Shown piece by piece: positions 1-8,064 of a stretch of 50,809 bases of DNA (position 1 is its first letter; every line of letters begins with the position of its first letter). This DNA is from a virus (taxonomy: Duplodnaviria; Caudoviricetes), in the IMG/VR virus record IMGVR_UViG_3300030372_000654, positions 1-50,809 of that record; one strand, given 5' to 3'. Below the pieces are notes generated by a model. The model was not told the origin of the DNA. It ran no database searches and saw nothing but the letters and a program-made list of their open reading frames with translations. The translations under genes were made by a program, and so were the position numbers.

Positions 1-73
1 CTTCATTTGGCATTTCTACTTCAGTGCCATCTTTGTATTTAATTCTTATTTTGTCGTCTTGTAATAAACTCAT
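1..73 (-). CDS. N-terminal fragment of a virion-associated protein (MSLLQDDKIRIKYKDGTEVEMPNE...), truncated by the window edge; probably the same gene as 50187..50809
   Basis: ATG at 73 overlaps the TGA of the upstream ORF (ATGA coupling); frame stays open to position 1. Confidence 0.7.
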   Translation of the reverse strand, partial: MSLLQDDKIRIKYKDGTEVEMPNE

Positions 74-303
74 GTTTGTTCCTTTCTATTTACTGCTTCC
101 TTAACCTGCTCCGGGAGCTGCTCTAAGCGTACCAGAGAATTGATCTTCCCCTGCAACCGGAACATTTCCGATTCCGATGTTGCCACCGCCAGTGCCTGTA
201 GGTCCAAGGTCTTGAGGTTGTGCAGGTGTTCCTGCAAGGCTTCCCATATTATTTGGTTGCCCGTCAAGGCTTTCAGCTTCAGAGCCAGTTGTTTGTCCAA
301 CAT
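70..303 (-). CDS. Small helical protein following the portal gene, overlapping the portal C-terminus
   Basis: 77-aa ORF with amphipathic helical pattern (RLQGKINSL); stop is coupled to the next start. Confidence 0.65.
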   Translation of the reverse strand: MLDKQLALKLKALTGNQIIWEALQEHLHNLKTLDLQALAVATSESEMFRLQGKINSLVRLEQLPEQVKEAVNRKEQT

Positions 304-2305
304 TTTGCATTCCTATGATTTGTGCCATGATAGCTGCTTCTTCAGGGTCGTTTAAAACTTCATCTGGGTCTAAGTCTAAGCTATAGGCAAGTTCACTAAT
401 GAGTTTAGAAATCTTAACAAACGGAGCAACAGCAGGATTTTGTACAGTTTGTAAGAAGGTAGTAAGTCTTTGACTTCTTACTTCTTTCTGCATCAAGCTA
501 TTAGTTCCTGTAGCTTTAACTTCTAAATCACCTTTGACATCTAGTGAGCCTTCAAAGAACTGCATGTTCCATTGGAAGAAAGCTTCTCCTAGTGGTCTTA
601 ATAAAAAGTCGTCAAGGTTTTTAACGACTGTTTTAATATTTAAACTTGATGCACCTAGTAACATTGACATACCTGAAGCAGTCCTTGTCATACTTTGTAC
701 ACCTGTTTGTCCGTGTGAATAACTAGGTATGCCTGTTTGTTCGTCTGCAAGTTGTCTAAACTTGTCAAACATCATCATGTTTTCTGGTGCAGTGTTTGGA
801 AACTTTAAACCATGTATAGCTTGTCCGGGCATTCCAGCTTGTCTTCTAAATATCTTACCCGGATATATTTCCATAGACTGTCCACCAACTAAGGCAGATT
901 CATCTACATCAAATACTAAAGACCCAGCCATTGCTAGGTTATCTACAGCCATACGTGCATGACCGTTCATAATTTGTTGAGAATCATCCATGTTCTCAGC
1001 TACACCAATACCAAAGAAGTTATAAGGATTTCTTTCATATGGGAAAGCGTGGTATGGTATTCTATAAGGAGTAAACGGATTGACCACTGCTCTTAATAAA
1101 GTATTACCACATACCCAAGCATTGACTTGAACTTCATCTAAATCATCAATATCATCTGATAGTTCTATACCGACTTCACGTGCGTACTCTGCATCCATGA
1201 TTCCCCAGTATTCAAGAACTTCAAAGTTTGTTTGATAGTCTTCATCAGCTCGTGCATCATCTTTTAAATGATACTCAAAACTTTTCTCTTCGTAATTAGC
1301 CCCCATTTGAATAGCTTCACGTATAGCATCCTCTTTAAAATAAGGCATGTTACGAAGTTGTCGAAGTTGAGATTTGTTTAGTTTGTGTCTGTGAATAACA
1401 TACTCACATTCTTCAATACTTGTAGCTGAAGGGTCTGGATAAAAATCCCAACAACTAACAAACTCAATTCTAGGTACTCTAACTTCTAAGGGGTTATAAC
1501 TTCTTTCACCATCTTCACCAGTATCCCACTTGTGAAGTTTCTTGTTAAAGTTAAATGGTCCTTTTACAATCCCTGTACCAAGTAAAGAAGATTCTAAAAG
1601 AGCACTTCTAATTTCTGATGAACCCTTTGATTCATCTATTTGATCGTGAATAAGTTTTTCCATTCTCCGTGCAGCTTTCTGTGCAGGAGAAATTTCTAAT
1701 GCGGTAGGTATTGGACTAAAGCCTTCAACTAATTGATCTTCTACTTTATCCTCAAGAGTTTCTTCAAATAGTCCTTTGTTAAATGTGGCTCCGGGTTTTA
1801 GAACTTTACCGTCACCTTCATAACCAACATCATATGGGTTGTCTATTCTATTACCAATATCGTCTGGTAATTCACCGCCACCCATTGTACTTTCAATGCC
1901 GGGTGCACCTGTTTGTGTATCTAAATGTGCATCTGCTAGTTCGCCTTCTGGGATTTTAGTTTCAGCAATACCAATTGGAAACTTACCTGTACCAAAGATT
2001 ACATCAACAAGTTGACCAAAAGCAGCAAGTACTTTTGTTTTAGTAATCTTTACAAAGATACGAGACTTCTCAGAGTCTCTAAACTTAACAGACTTGTTGT
2101 AAAGTCCTCTATAGTTTTCGTAAGCTTTTAACCAGCGTGATTCATCAGAACGTCTAGCATCTTCTGATACTGCAAATCTTGATTTAATAATACCAACAAG
2201 ATTAGTTCTTTGTTCTAACTCAAGAGCAAGTTCTTTACCAGCTTCACCTTCTACGTCTTGATATAAATTATCAGCGTTTAAAAATGTATTTTCTTGTTCT
2301 GCCAT
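101..2305 (-). CDS. Portal protein
   Basis: 734 aa directly downstream of terL; portal-like motifs GTGIVKGP, DFYPDP, FFGIGVAE, RTASGMSML. Confidence 0.9.
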   Translation of the reverse strand: MAEQENTFLNADNLYQDVEGEAGKELALELEQRTNLVGIIKSRFAVSEDARRSDESRWLKAYENYRGLYNKSVKFRDSEKSRIFVKITKTKVLAAFGQLVDVIFGTGKFPIGIAETKIPEGELADAHLDTQTGAPGIESTMGGGELPDDIGNRIDNPYDVGYEGDGKVLKPGATFNKGLFEETLEDKVEDQLVEGFSPIPTALEISPAQKAARRMEKLIHDQIDESKGSSEIRSALLESSLLGTGIVKGPFNFNKKLHKWDTGEDGERSYNPLEVRVPRIEFVSCWDFYPDPSATSIEECEYVIHRHKLNKSQLRQLRNMPYFKEDAIREAIQMGANYEEKSFEYHLKDDARADEDYQTNFEVLEYWGIMDAEYAREVGIELSDDIDDLDEVQVNAWVCGNTLLRAVVNPFTPYRIPYHAFPYERNPYNFFGIGVAENMDDSQQIMNGHARMAVDNLAMAGSLVFDVDESALVGGQSMEIYPGKIFRRQAGMPGQAIHGLKFPNTAPENMMMFDKFRQLADEQTGIPSYSHGQTGVQSMTRTASGMSMLLGASSLNIKTVVKNLDDFLLRPLGEAFFQWNMQFFEGSLDVKGDLEVKATGTNSLMQKEVRSQRLTTFLQTVQNPAVAPFVKISKLISELAYSLDLDPDEVLNDPEEAAIMAQIIGMQNVGQTTGSEAESLDGQPNNMGSLAGTPAQPQDLGPTGTGGGNIGIGNVPVAGEDQFSGTLRAAPGAG

Positions 2306-2310
2306 AAACT

Positions 2311-3969
2311 TTAATATCCAAATGTAGAATCAGCCGGTTGATGGATATCTGCTTTTAATCCTCTCAACTGATCGAATGTACTTACCATTCGTGGTCTACT
2401 CATTATCATATAACGCAATGCATCATATGCGTGATCGGAAGCATGTGTATCCACATCCTCCGGATTATTCTTTGATAATGGTATAGACTGTAATTCTCTT
2501 ATTAAGTTAGGACATGTATTAAATATCTGTAACTTAGGTCTACCATTTTCTTGTACCTTCAAGAACTCATGTATCTGGATTTTACCTTGTATTCTATTCT
2601 TATCAGCAGGTCTAAGCTTATGTCCTGCCCGTACAAGAGCTTCTCCAACAGTAGGTCCTGTAGTACCTGTTCTTGCCCAAGCTGCTGTATCCAGTACACC
2701 AGAGACCGAGTAAGGGTCTTCTAGTTCCATACTTGTTATTATACTACCTAATTCTTCTCCTGTCAAGCCTTTTTTGTATAATTCTCTATAAATTATTAAA
2801 GTTCCGTCATTTTGATCCATTATTCCCCATAAACAACAGGATTCTGCAGCGTATCCATAGTCAACTGCTTTAACTCTTTCCCAGTGTAAAGGTAGTTCAA
2901 ATGGAGTAATAACATGATGCATAGGGTCAAACTCTACAAAAGCTGCACCTTCTGCTACATCCCAGTTACCTTCAAGTAGCTGTCTACGTTGAATCGGTGG
3001 TAAAGATTTAAGCATCTGCTCATAAACACCATCTTCTGCAAGGTATGGGTTATCAGCTAATTTAGCAGGAATAAACTTACGTGTAAGACCATCACCGCCT
3101 TGAAAAGATTTATTATGTTCGGATGGTTCTATATATCTTTTCTTTACCCAATGTGAACCAACACCACCCGGGTTAGCAGTACAGCGAAGGTATGTTTGTA
3201 TTTCTGGGTCAGTTGTACGAAGACGAGAAGCTAGATAGTTCCAACTAAACTCTGTAGGTAAATGGGTAATCTCATCAAAGCCTATCCAAGAATATGCTTG
3301 TCCTTGATATCTGTAGACATCAGCATCTCTCTCAAGGAATCCAAACTCAACCTTTGCACCGGAGGGAAAGTTCCAAAGTTTTTCTACTTCTCTAAACTTT
3401 GCACCGGGAAAGGCTTGTGGATATAACTCACGAGACTTATCAATCATCTCACGAAGTTCTGGCATAGACCGTCTAAGGATTAAAGCACGGTGAGCTTTCT
3501 TGTGACAATACCTTAGTGGGTCTACAATCATGGCAAAAGATTTACCACCACCAGCAGCTCCACCATACAATACATCTTTTTCACCGGCAGCAAGGAAGTC
3601 TGTCTGTGGACCTTCGTTAGCGTGGAATAATACTTTGTGATTGTCTAGATTTTCTTTGACAGCTTTTGGAAGTGTGTCAAGCTCATCTGTGGTGACAGGA
3701 CCTTCTACAGTCTTGTCAAGTTTTTGAATTGTTTCTTTTTGTTTTTTGAAAGACTGTCTAGCGTTGTTGAGTTTCTCTTCAAGCTTTTTAATATTACGCT
3801 GCTTACGACCGACAGTTGCCCTCGCAGCTTTGATAGCTTTCTCTGTTGAGGTTTTGGGTCTACCAGCTTTCTTCTTTGGGGTTCCATCTTTTTTTAAGAT
3901 GAAGTTACCATCATCATCCTGTAAGTAGAGATGAGGATTCCTCTCCCAGTCTTTCGTGTCGTTTACCAT
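2311..3969 (-). CDS. terL: Terminase large subunit
   Basis: Walker A YGGAAGGGKS, Walker B IGFDE, TANPGG coupling motif, RNase H-like nuclease motifs VDYGY and DHAYDALRY. Confidence 0.95.
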   Translation of the reverse strand: MVNDTKDWERNPHLYLQDDDGNFILKKDGTPKKKAGRPKTSTEKAIKAARATVGRKQRNIKKLEEKLNNARQSFKKQKETIQKLDKTVEGPVTTDELDTLPKAVKENLDNHKVLFHANEGPQTDFLAAGEKDVLYGGAAGGGKSFAMIVDPLRYCHKKAHRALILRRSMPELREMIDKSRELYPQAFPGAKFREVEKLWNFPSGAKVEFGFLERDADVYRYQGQAYSWIGFDEITHLPTEFSWNYLASRLRTTDPEIQTYLRCTANPGGVGSHWVKKRYIEPSEHNKSFQGGDGLTRKFIPAKLADNPYLAEDGVYEQMLKSLPPIQRRQLLEGNWDVAEGAAFVEFDPMHHVITPFELPLHWERVKAVDYGYAAESCCLWGIMDQNDGTLIIYRELYKKGLTGEELGSIITSMELEDPYSVSGVLDTAAWARTGTTGPTVGEALVRAGHKLRPADKNRIQGKIQIHEFLKVQENGRPKLQIFNTCPNLIRELQSIPLSKNNPEDVDTHASDHAYDALRYMIMSRPRMVSTFDQLRGLKADIHQPADSTFGY

Positions 3970-4207
3970 ATTTTTTATCGATGTGTTTCTTTAAACCGGG
4001 AGTAGAAATCTTACGTTCTGTTTTATATTCTAACCAATCGACTGCAGCTTGTAATGATATCTCTTCATTGACTATCATGTTCTCTGCAATTTGTAAAGCT
4101 TCTAGCTGTTCTTCAATTGGTTTTAGATATCCTGTGATATCATCTAACTCATACCCAAACGGAATGGTTGAAGTTTTTCTTTTCATGTATCCGTCAGGTA
4201 ATAACAT
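3914..4207 (-). CDS. Small putative DNA-binding protein resembling a serine-recombinase accessory domain
   Basis: IPFGY motif followed by helices (SLQAAVDWLE...ISTPGLKK). Confidence 0.55.
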   Translation of the reverse strand: MLLPDGYMKRKTSTIPFGYELDDITGYLKPIEEQLEALQIAENMIVNEEISLQAAVDWLEYKTERKISTPGLKKHIDKKYGKRHERLGEESSSLLTG

Positions 4208-4303
4208 TTAGATAATCCACATAACAATAAATGCTGATATAAAACCTATCCCACACATAACACCCCATACTTGCATGTCTGTTAGGTCATTAGTTTCAAT
4301 CAT
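4208..4303 (-). CDS. 31-aa single-TM peptide
   Basis: MIETNDLTDMQVWGVMCGIGFISAFIVMWII fills the gap between its neighbours. Confidence 0.55.
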   Translation of the reverse strand: MIETNDLTDMQVWGVMCGIGFISAFIVMWII

Positions 4304-4304
4304 A

Positions 4305-4415
4305 CTATTTACTTTTTTTTCTAGTAGTTCTTTTAACATTTGTTTTCCTCTTTGGTTGTTTCTTTGGAGCTAGAAAGTTTTTTATTTTTTCTAACCATCT
4401 CTTAATCATTGTCAT
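4305..4415 (-). CDS. 36-aa basic hypothetical protein
   Basis: ATG at 4415 preceded by GAGGAG; more likely start than the longer track ORF. Confidence 0.55.
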   Translation of the reverse strand: MTMIKRWLEKIKNFLAPKKQPKRKTNVKRTTRKKSK

Positions 4416-4584
4416 TGTTGTTCTCCTCGGTTTTCTTTTTACCGAATATTCTATCCCAGTTATCTCTATAGTCTTGTGTGTAGAATCCGGGTCTAGGATT
4501 AGCACCCTTACTTCCATGTGTGTTTTTATATATTGGAGATTTAAAAGTATAAGGCTTTTCTTCGCTTCCTATTTGTTTACCCAT
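4402..4584 (-). CDS. Hypothetical phage protein
   Basis: AAGGAG RBS; YRDNWDRIFG motif of the kind seen in small phage proteins. Confidence 0.65.
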   Translation of the reverse strand: MGKQIGSEEKPYTFKSPIYKNTHGSKGANPRPGFYTQDYRDNWDRIFGKKKTEENNNDND

Positions 4585-4738
4585 GATCTTCTCCTTGTAT
4601 ACACTTACTCCATTCTTGTAAGACTATTTCTTCAGAATAAGCAGAATAATAAATGTCTTTACACTTGTCAAACTCATTATTGTTTGGTGTGGTTGTACAA
4701 CTCATTAACAAAACTAAACTAATACTTCTTATTACCAC
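4577..4738 (-). CDS. Small putative lipoprotein (53 aa), not in the ORF track
   Basis: GTG start after AAGGTG; MVIRSISLVLLMSC lipobox-like N-terminus; two further Cys; fills the gap. Confidence 0.55.
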   Translation of the reverse strand: MVIRSISLVLLMSCTTTPNNNEFDKCKDIYYSAYSEEIVLQEWSKCIQGEDHG

Positions 4739-5262
4739 TTCACCTTATTAGCCCAGTAAGCTGCAGACAGTACACCTTTGGCAATGTTTTTAGCATGACG
4801 AGCCTTGAATGATTTACGTTTCTTTTTCATTTTAGAAGATTCACCAGCTTTAGGCTTACCAGCAGTCTTAGCTCCTTGTTGTCCAAACCTAATAGTTTTA
4901 ATAGTACTACCTGATTTAGCTACAACAATATGAGACTTAGTAGGATGATTGGGAGTACGTTTAGGTTTATTGTAACCACTTACTCCGGCTCGTTTTAATC
5001 TACCGTCTGCTTTACCACCTTTTTTACTTCTGTATCGTTTTGTTTTATCAGCAATCTTATCTGGTTGTTTAGAATGTTGTCTACCGGCAGCTTTGTCTTT
5101 TCTTTTCTTTGCAGTTGTAGCTGCATACTCTGAATCACTTAAAGCTTCTCTAGCTTTCTTGGGTAAATATCTTTCACCTGTCTCACTAGACTTTTTACCC
5201 GACTTAGTTCCCCAGTCTTGGTCACTCCAATTTTTTAATGACTGTTGTGATTTCTTTAGCAT
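4732..5262 (-). CDS. Highly basic two-domain phage protein
   Basis: Lys-rich; N-half SLKNW..QDW..RYLPKKA, C-half IRFGQQG..SFKARH..AYWANKVKW. Confidence 0.75.
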   Translation of the reverse strand: MLKKSQQSLKNWSDQDWGTKSGKKSSETGERYLPKKAREALSDSEYAATTAKKRKDKAAGRQHSKQPDKIADKTKRYRSKKGGKADGRLKRAGVSGYNKPKRTPNHPTKSHIVVAKSGSTIKTIRFGQQGAKTAGKPKAGESSKMKKKRKSFKARHAKNIAKGVLSAAYWANKVKW

Positions 5263-5474
5263 TACTTATAACCACCACCAGCTTTCTTGTAAGCCTTGGC
5301 AAGTGCTTGTGCTTTACGGGCAGACCATTGACCGGCTGCAGTACCATGAGAAGCAGCAGCTTTTATTCTTTGAAATATTCTTTTTCTTTTTTCTGGCTGT
5401 GTATAGTTTCCAGCTTGATTAACCTTTGACTTAGACTTGCCACCGTTTCTAAATTGTAATCTCTCTAATAACAT
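5262..5474 (-). CDS. Basic phage protein with GQWSARKAQ motif (DUF5872-like)
   Basis: GQWSARKAQ..YKKAGGGY; TAATG-coupled to both neighbours. Confidence 0.7.
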   Translation of the reverse strand: MLLERLQFRNGGKSKSKVNQAGNYTQPEKRKRIFQRIKAAASHGTAAGQWSARKAQALAKAYKKAGGGYK

Positions 5475-5683
5475 TAGTGTAATATCCTATCGTCTTCTTT
5501 GGGTATGGTATTTAAATGTTTTTGTTCTAGCTCTTCATCTACATAGATACTGTCTAACTCACCCACAACAACCAAATGGTTCTGGGCTGCAGCTAGTTCA
5601 GCTTGTTCATATGTAGAAGCAACTATGTTCGGACCTGCGAAAGTCGTACCATAAGCTTCTATCTCTGTTAAAAATATCTTCAT
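5474..5683 (-). CDS. Hypothetical protein
   Basis: Likely ATG at 5683 (MKIFLTE), coupled to the upstream TGA. Confidence 0.6.
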   Translation of the reverse strand: MKIFLTEIEAYGTTFAGPNIVASTYEQAELAAAQNHLVVVGELDSIYVDEELEQKHLNTIPKEDDRILH

Positions 5684-5784
5684 TGTATGAGTAAACCTAT
5701 ATACCAACCCAGCATAAATAACAACGCAGCCAACATTGGATACGCTTTACAAAATAATATCAGATCATTCAGGAATTGTCTCAT
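5680..5784 (-). CDS. 34-aa single-TM peptide
   Basis: MRQFLNDLILFCKAYPMLAALLFMLGWYIGLLIQ fills the gap after terS. Confidence 0.5.
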   Translation of the reverse strand: MRQFLNDLILFCKAYPMLAALLFMLGWYIGLLIQ

Positions 5785-6190
5785 AATCACCTTCGGTAAT
5801 ATCGATTGTCTTCTTCTCTGGGAGAATAAAGATACCACCACCGGTGTTATGATTAACATCTATCCTGTCAGTTTTACTAACCCCTACACGATCTAATATA
5901 GTTTGTGCAGCTTGTAACTTATAGTTGGCTTGAGGTATAGGTTTATCTGACTTCAAAACCTCTATAATCTTAAACGCTGCTGTAGGGGCTTCCCTTGCAA
6001 GTACGTTTTGGGCTAAATCTACTACTTCCTCTTTTAAACTTTTTAGTACTTGATAGTGATTGCCGGAGTATCCTGCAAGTTCGGCTGACTTTTTAAAGTC
6101 TCCTCCTGTATCCACGAGGTGACCCAAGAACGCTTCCTGCTTTGCAGTAAGGTTCCTGTCTTTGTTTTCAGCTAAATAATTAGTGGTCAT
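5765..6190 (-). CDS. terS: Terminase small subunit
   Basis: LTAKQEAFL...SAELAGYS helix-turn-helix; AAQTILDRVG; first gene of the packaging operon. Confidence 0.8.
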   Translation of the reverse strand: MTTNYLAENKDRNLTAKQEAFLGHLVDTGGDFKKSAELAGYSGNHYQVLKSLKEEVVDLAQNVLAREAPTAAFKIIEVLKSDKPIPQANYKLQAAQTILDRVGVSKTDRIDVNHNTGGGIFILPEKKTIDITEGDYETIPE

Positions 6191-6196
6191 GTACTT

Positions 6197-6225
6197 ATTA
6201 TAGTAGTATTTGTAAAGTTTGTCAA
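6197..6225 (-). promoter_or_regulatory. Consensus sigma70 promoter for terS
   Basis: TTGACA (6225-6220), 17 bp, TATAAT (6202-6197); predicted +1 near 6190, the A of the ATG. Confidence 0.85.
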
Positions 6226-6262
6226 GCTTTTGTAAAGTTTTTTACTTTATTTCGTAAATGAC

Positions 6263-6291
6263 TTGACAAACCCGTAAAAAATGTGTACAAT
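6263..6291 (+). promoter_or_regulatory. Sigma70 promoter divergent from the terS promoter
   Basis: TTGACA, 17 bp, TACAAT with TGTG upstream of the -10. Confidence 0.75.
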
Positions 6292-6527
6292 AGAATTGTA
6301 AGATTCCCCCGGGTTATATATATAACATAACCCATCCTAGTCGTTCCAGACTTATTCAAAATAATATATCAAACATGCCGAAACCTTTGTAAAGTTAGGG
6401 GGCTGGTTAATATCTAAAATAGCTAGAAATGTATATGTTTTATATATATAGGGGGTGGGTGGTGGGTGGCTCCTGCCTACCCCATAACCAAGACTGATAA
6501 TACTTTATAAAGGCTCGTTATGTCAGA

Positions 6528-6556
6528 AACTTACCACACTTTATAAAGTTTGTCAA
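6528..6556 (-). promoter_or_regulatory. Sigma70-like promoter, leftward
   Basis: TTGACA, 17 bp, TAAGTT with extended TG. Confidence 0.55.
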
Positions 6557-6576
6557 GCCCTCTTTTAAAGTTTTTA

Positions 6577-6605
6577 ACCCTATCACACTTTACAAAGTTT
6601 GTCAA
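6577..6605 (-). promoter_or_regulatory. Sigma70-like promoter, leftward
   Basis: TTGACA, 17 bp, TAGGGT with extended TG; spacer nearly identical to the previous promoter. Confidence 0.5.
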
Positions 6606-6722
6606 GTGTTTTTTACAAATTTTTACAAACTTTTAAAGTTTGACAAGCTAGTTAATATCATTCATGCCCTTTATAAAGTGTTATAAATATAAAAAATATA
6701 TGTACTTTTTAACTTTGCACAC

Positions 6723-6751
6723 TTGACAAGGGTTATATAATCTTGTAATGT
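6723..6751 (+). promoter_or_regulatory. Early sigma70 promoter
   Basis: TTGACA, 17 bp, TAATGT upstream of the first early ORF. Confidence 0.6.
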
Positions 6752-6787
6752 GGATATATGTTAATTAATACAGAGGAAACAAATAAC

Positions 6788-6994
6788 ATGGATAAATTAA
6801 AAATTGGTGATTTTGTCAAAGTCATAGATTATGAAGGATTATTATTAACAGTTGGAAAAGTTAAAAGCCATATAGTTGATAAAGAAACAAAAGAATTTGA
6901 AGTAATTGTCAAATCTTTTGAGGGTAATGAATTATTTGCTAATGGTTCAGAATGGGATTGTTTAACTTTTGAAAAAATAACTCATATCGATTAA
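6788..6994 (+). CDS. Early hypothetical protein, possibly an SH3-like beta-barrel
   Basis: GAGGA RBS before ATG 6788; LKIGDFVKV motif. Confidence 0.65.
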   Translation: MDKLKIGDFVKVIDYEGLLLTVGKVKSHIVDKETKEFEVIVKSFEGNELFANGSEWDCLTFEKITHID

Positions 6995-7086
6995 TCTAAC
7001 CACAACCCACATAATGCCCAGCTTTTGTTGGGCTTTGGTGGTATAAACTAACGCTTATTTATATAAGCATAACAAAAGGTAAAATT

Positions 7087-7356
7087 ATGAAAGTAGAAAA
7101 TATGACAAGCCCACAAGGAAACAAAGTAGCTAATCAATTTATTATTATTGATGATGATAATAACGAATACTTCCAAAGTTATGATAGTATCATAGCCAAA
7201 AGAGACGGAGACAGCTACCAAATATATTTAGATGAATATTATTGGGATTATTCCAGAACTACAGGAAAATATAGGAATGAGTTTTTAAGAGAGGGTATAG
7301 CAGAAACAAGAGCCAAAATTAAAAGCGGTCAATATATCCTAACTGATTTGAATTAA
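7087..7356 (+). CDS. Conserved early phage protein
   Basis: VANQFII..FQSYDSIIA..WDYSRTTGKY motif. Confidence 0.8.
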   Translation: MKVENMTSPQGNKVANQFIIIDDDNNEYFQSYDSIIAKRDGDSYQIYLDEYYWDYSRTTGKYRNEFLREGIAETRAKIKSGQYILTDLN

Positions 7357-7387
7357 TTTCCCCTGTAAAAACTTCACAAAGTTTTAT

Positions 7388-7412
7388 ACCCCCGTAATTG
7401 GGGGTTTTTTTT
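7388..7412 (+). terminator. Rho-independent terminator
   Basis: ACCCCC-gtaatt-GGGGGT stem followed by a T run. Confidence 0.8.
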
Positions 7413-7700
7413 GCCTATAAACTCACCTTTATTTGACACCCTATACAAGGCTCTGAGATGCTTTGTATTGCATTTTGTGGGTAAGGCATGGTCTAGTATT
7501 CAAAAACTTTTTAAATGGATTCTGTGAAAGTCAACACCTTTTTAAAATAAAGTTAAAAAATTTTATAAACTATTGCATATTAAGTTAGTTTCCTGTATGA
7601 GATTGCAAGATAAAATAATTTAAAATAATTGGAGAAAACTATTGACATTTTAAAATCTATGGTTTTTAATTGGGGAAGTTAATCAATGGAGAAAATAAAT

Positions 7701-7901
7701 ATGAATAAAACTTACACAAATATTATGGATGTATCTACTACTAACTTATTAAAAATGTTAGACATGGATAGGTTCAAAGATAACGCCCATCAAAAGATGA
7801 TAAAAGATGAGTTAAAGTTTAGAAATTATAAATCAGATTGGAACAAACAAGATGAGCAATTAGCATTTCAAGGAATGATTGATGCTTTCAGGGGTGTTTA
7901 A
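7701..7901 (+). CDS. Early hypothetical protein
   Basis: GGAG RBS before ATG 7701. Confidence 0.65.
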   Translation: MNKTYTNIMDVSTTNLLKMLDMDRFKDNAHQKMIKDELKFRNYKSDWNKQDEQLAFQGMIDAFRGV

Positions 7902-7921
7902 CATAAAGGAGAAAATAAATT

Positions 7922-8050
7922 ATGGATAAAACTTATATTGATATTGCAATAGAGCATTATGAAGAAAGAATTAAAAAATTAGATTGTCAAATATGGGAAG
8001 AACAATTATTGGACAAGTTAAAACAAATTAGATATGGTAAATATTTATAA
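7922..8050 (+). CDS. 42-aa early protein
   Basis: AAGGAG RBS; MDKTYIDIAIEHYEERIKKL... Confidence 0.65.
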   Translation: MDKTYIDIAIEHYEERIKKLDCQIWEEQLLDKLKQIRYGKYL

Positions 8051-8064
8051 GGAGAAAATAAATT

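Larger units (their letters stand above)
6208..6679. repeat. Array of about 9 imperfect palindromes, consensus ACTTT(A/G)(T/C)AAAGT
   Basis: Copies at about 6208, 6227, 6384, 6502, 6538, 6562, 6587, 6629 and 6668. Confidence 0.75.

Noticed and set aside
3914-4207. Integrase or resolvase implying a temperate lifestyle
   Set aside because: Only 97 aa, with no catalytic serine-recombinase domain, att site or repressor.
4643-4671. Minus-strand promoter TTGACA-17-TATTCT
   Set aside because: It lies inside the putative lipoprotein CDS and could be coincidental; not supportable without TSS data.
6208-6679. CRISPR array
   Set aside because: Repeats are about 12 bp, degenerate and irregularly spaced; the Cas4-like gene sits in the replication module with no other cas genes.
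7480-7500. Similarity between TAAGGCATGGTCTA (about 7482) and TAAGGGTATGTCCTA (about 10180)
   Set aside because: Too short and degenerate to separate from chance.
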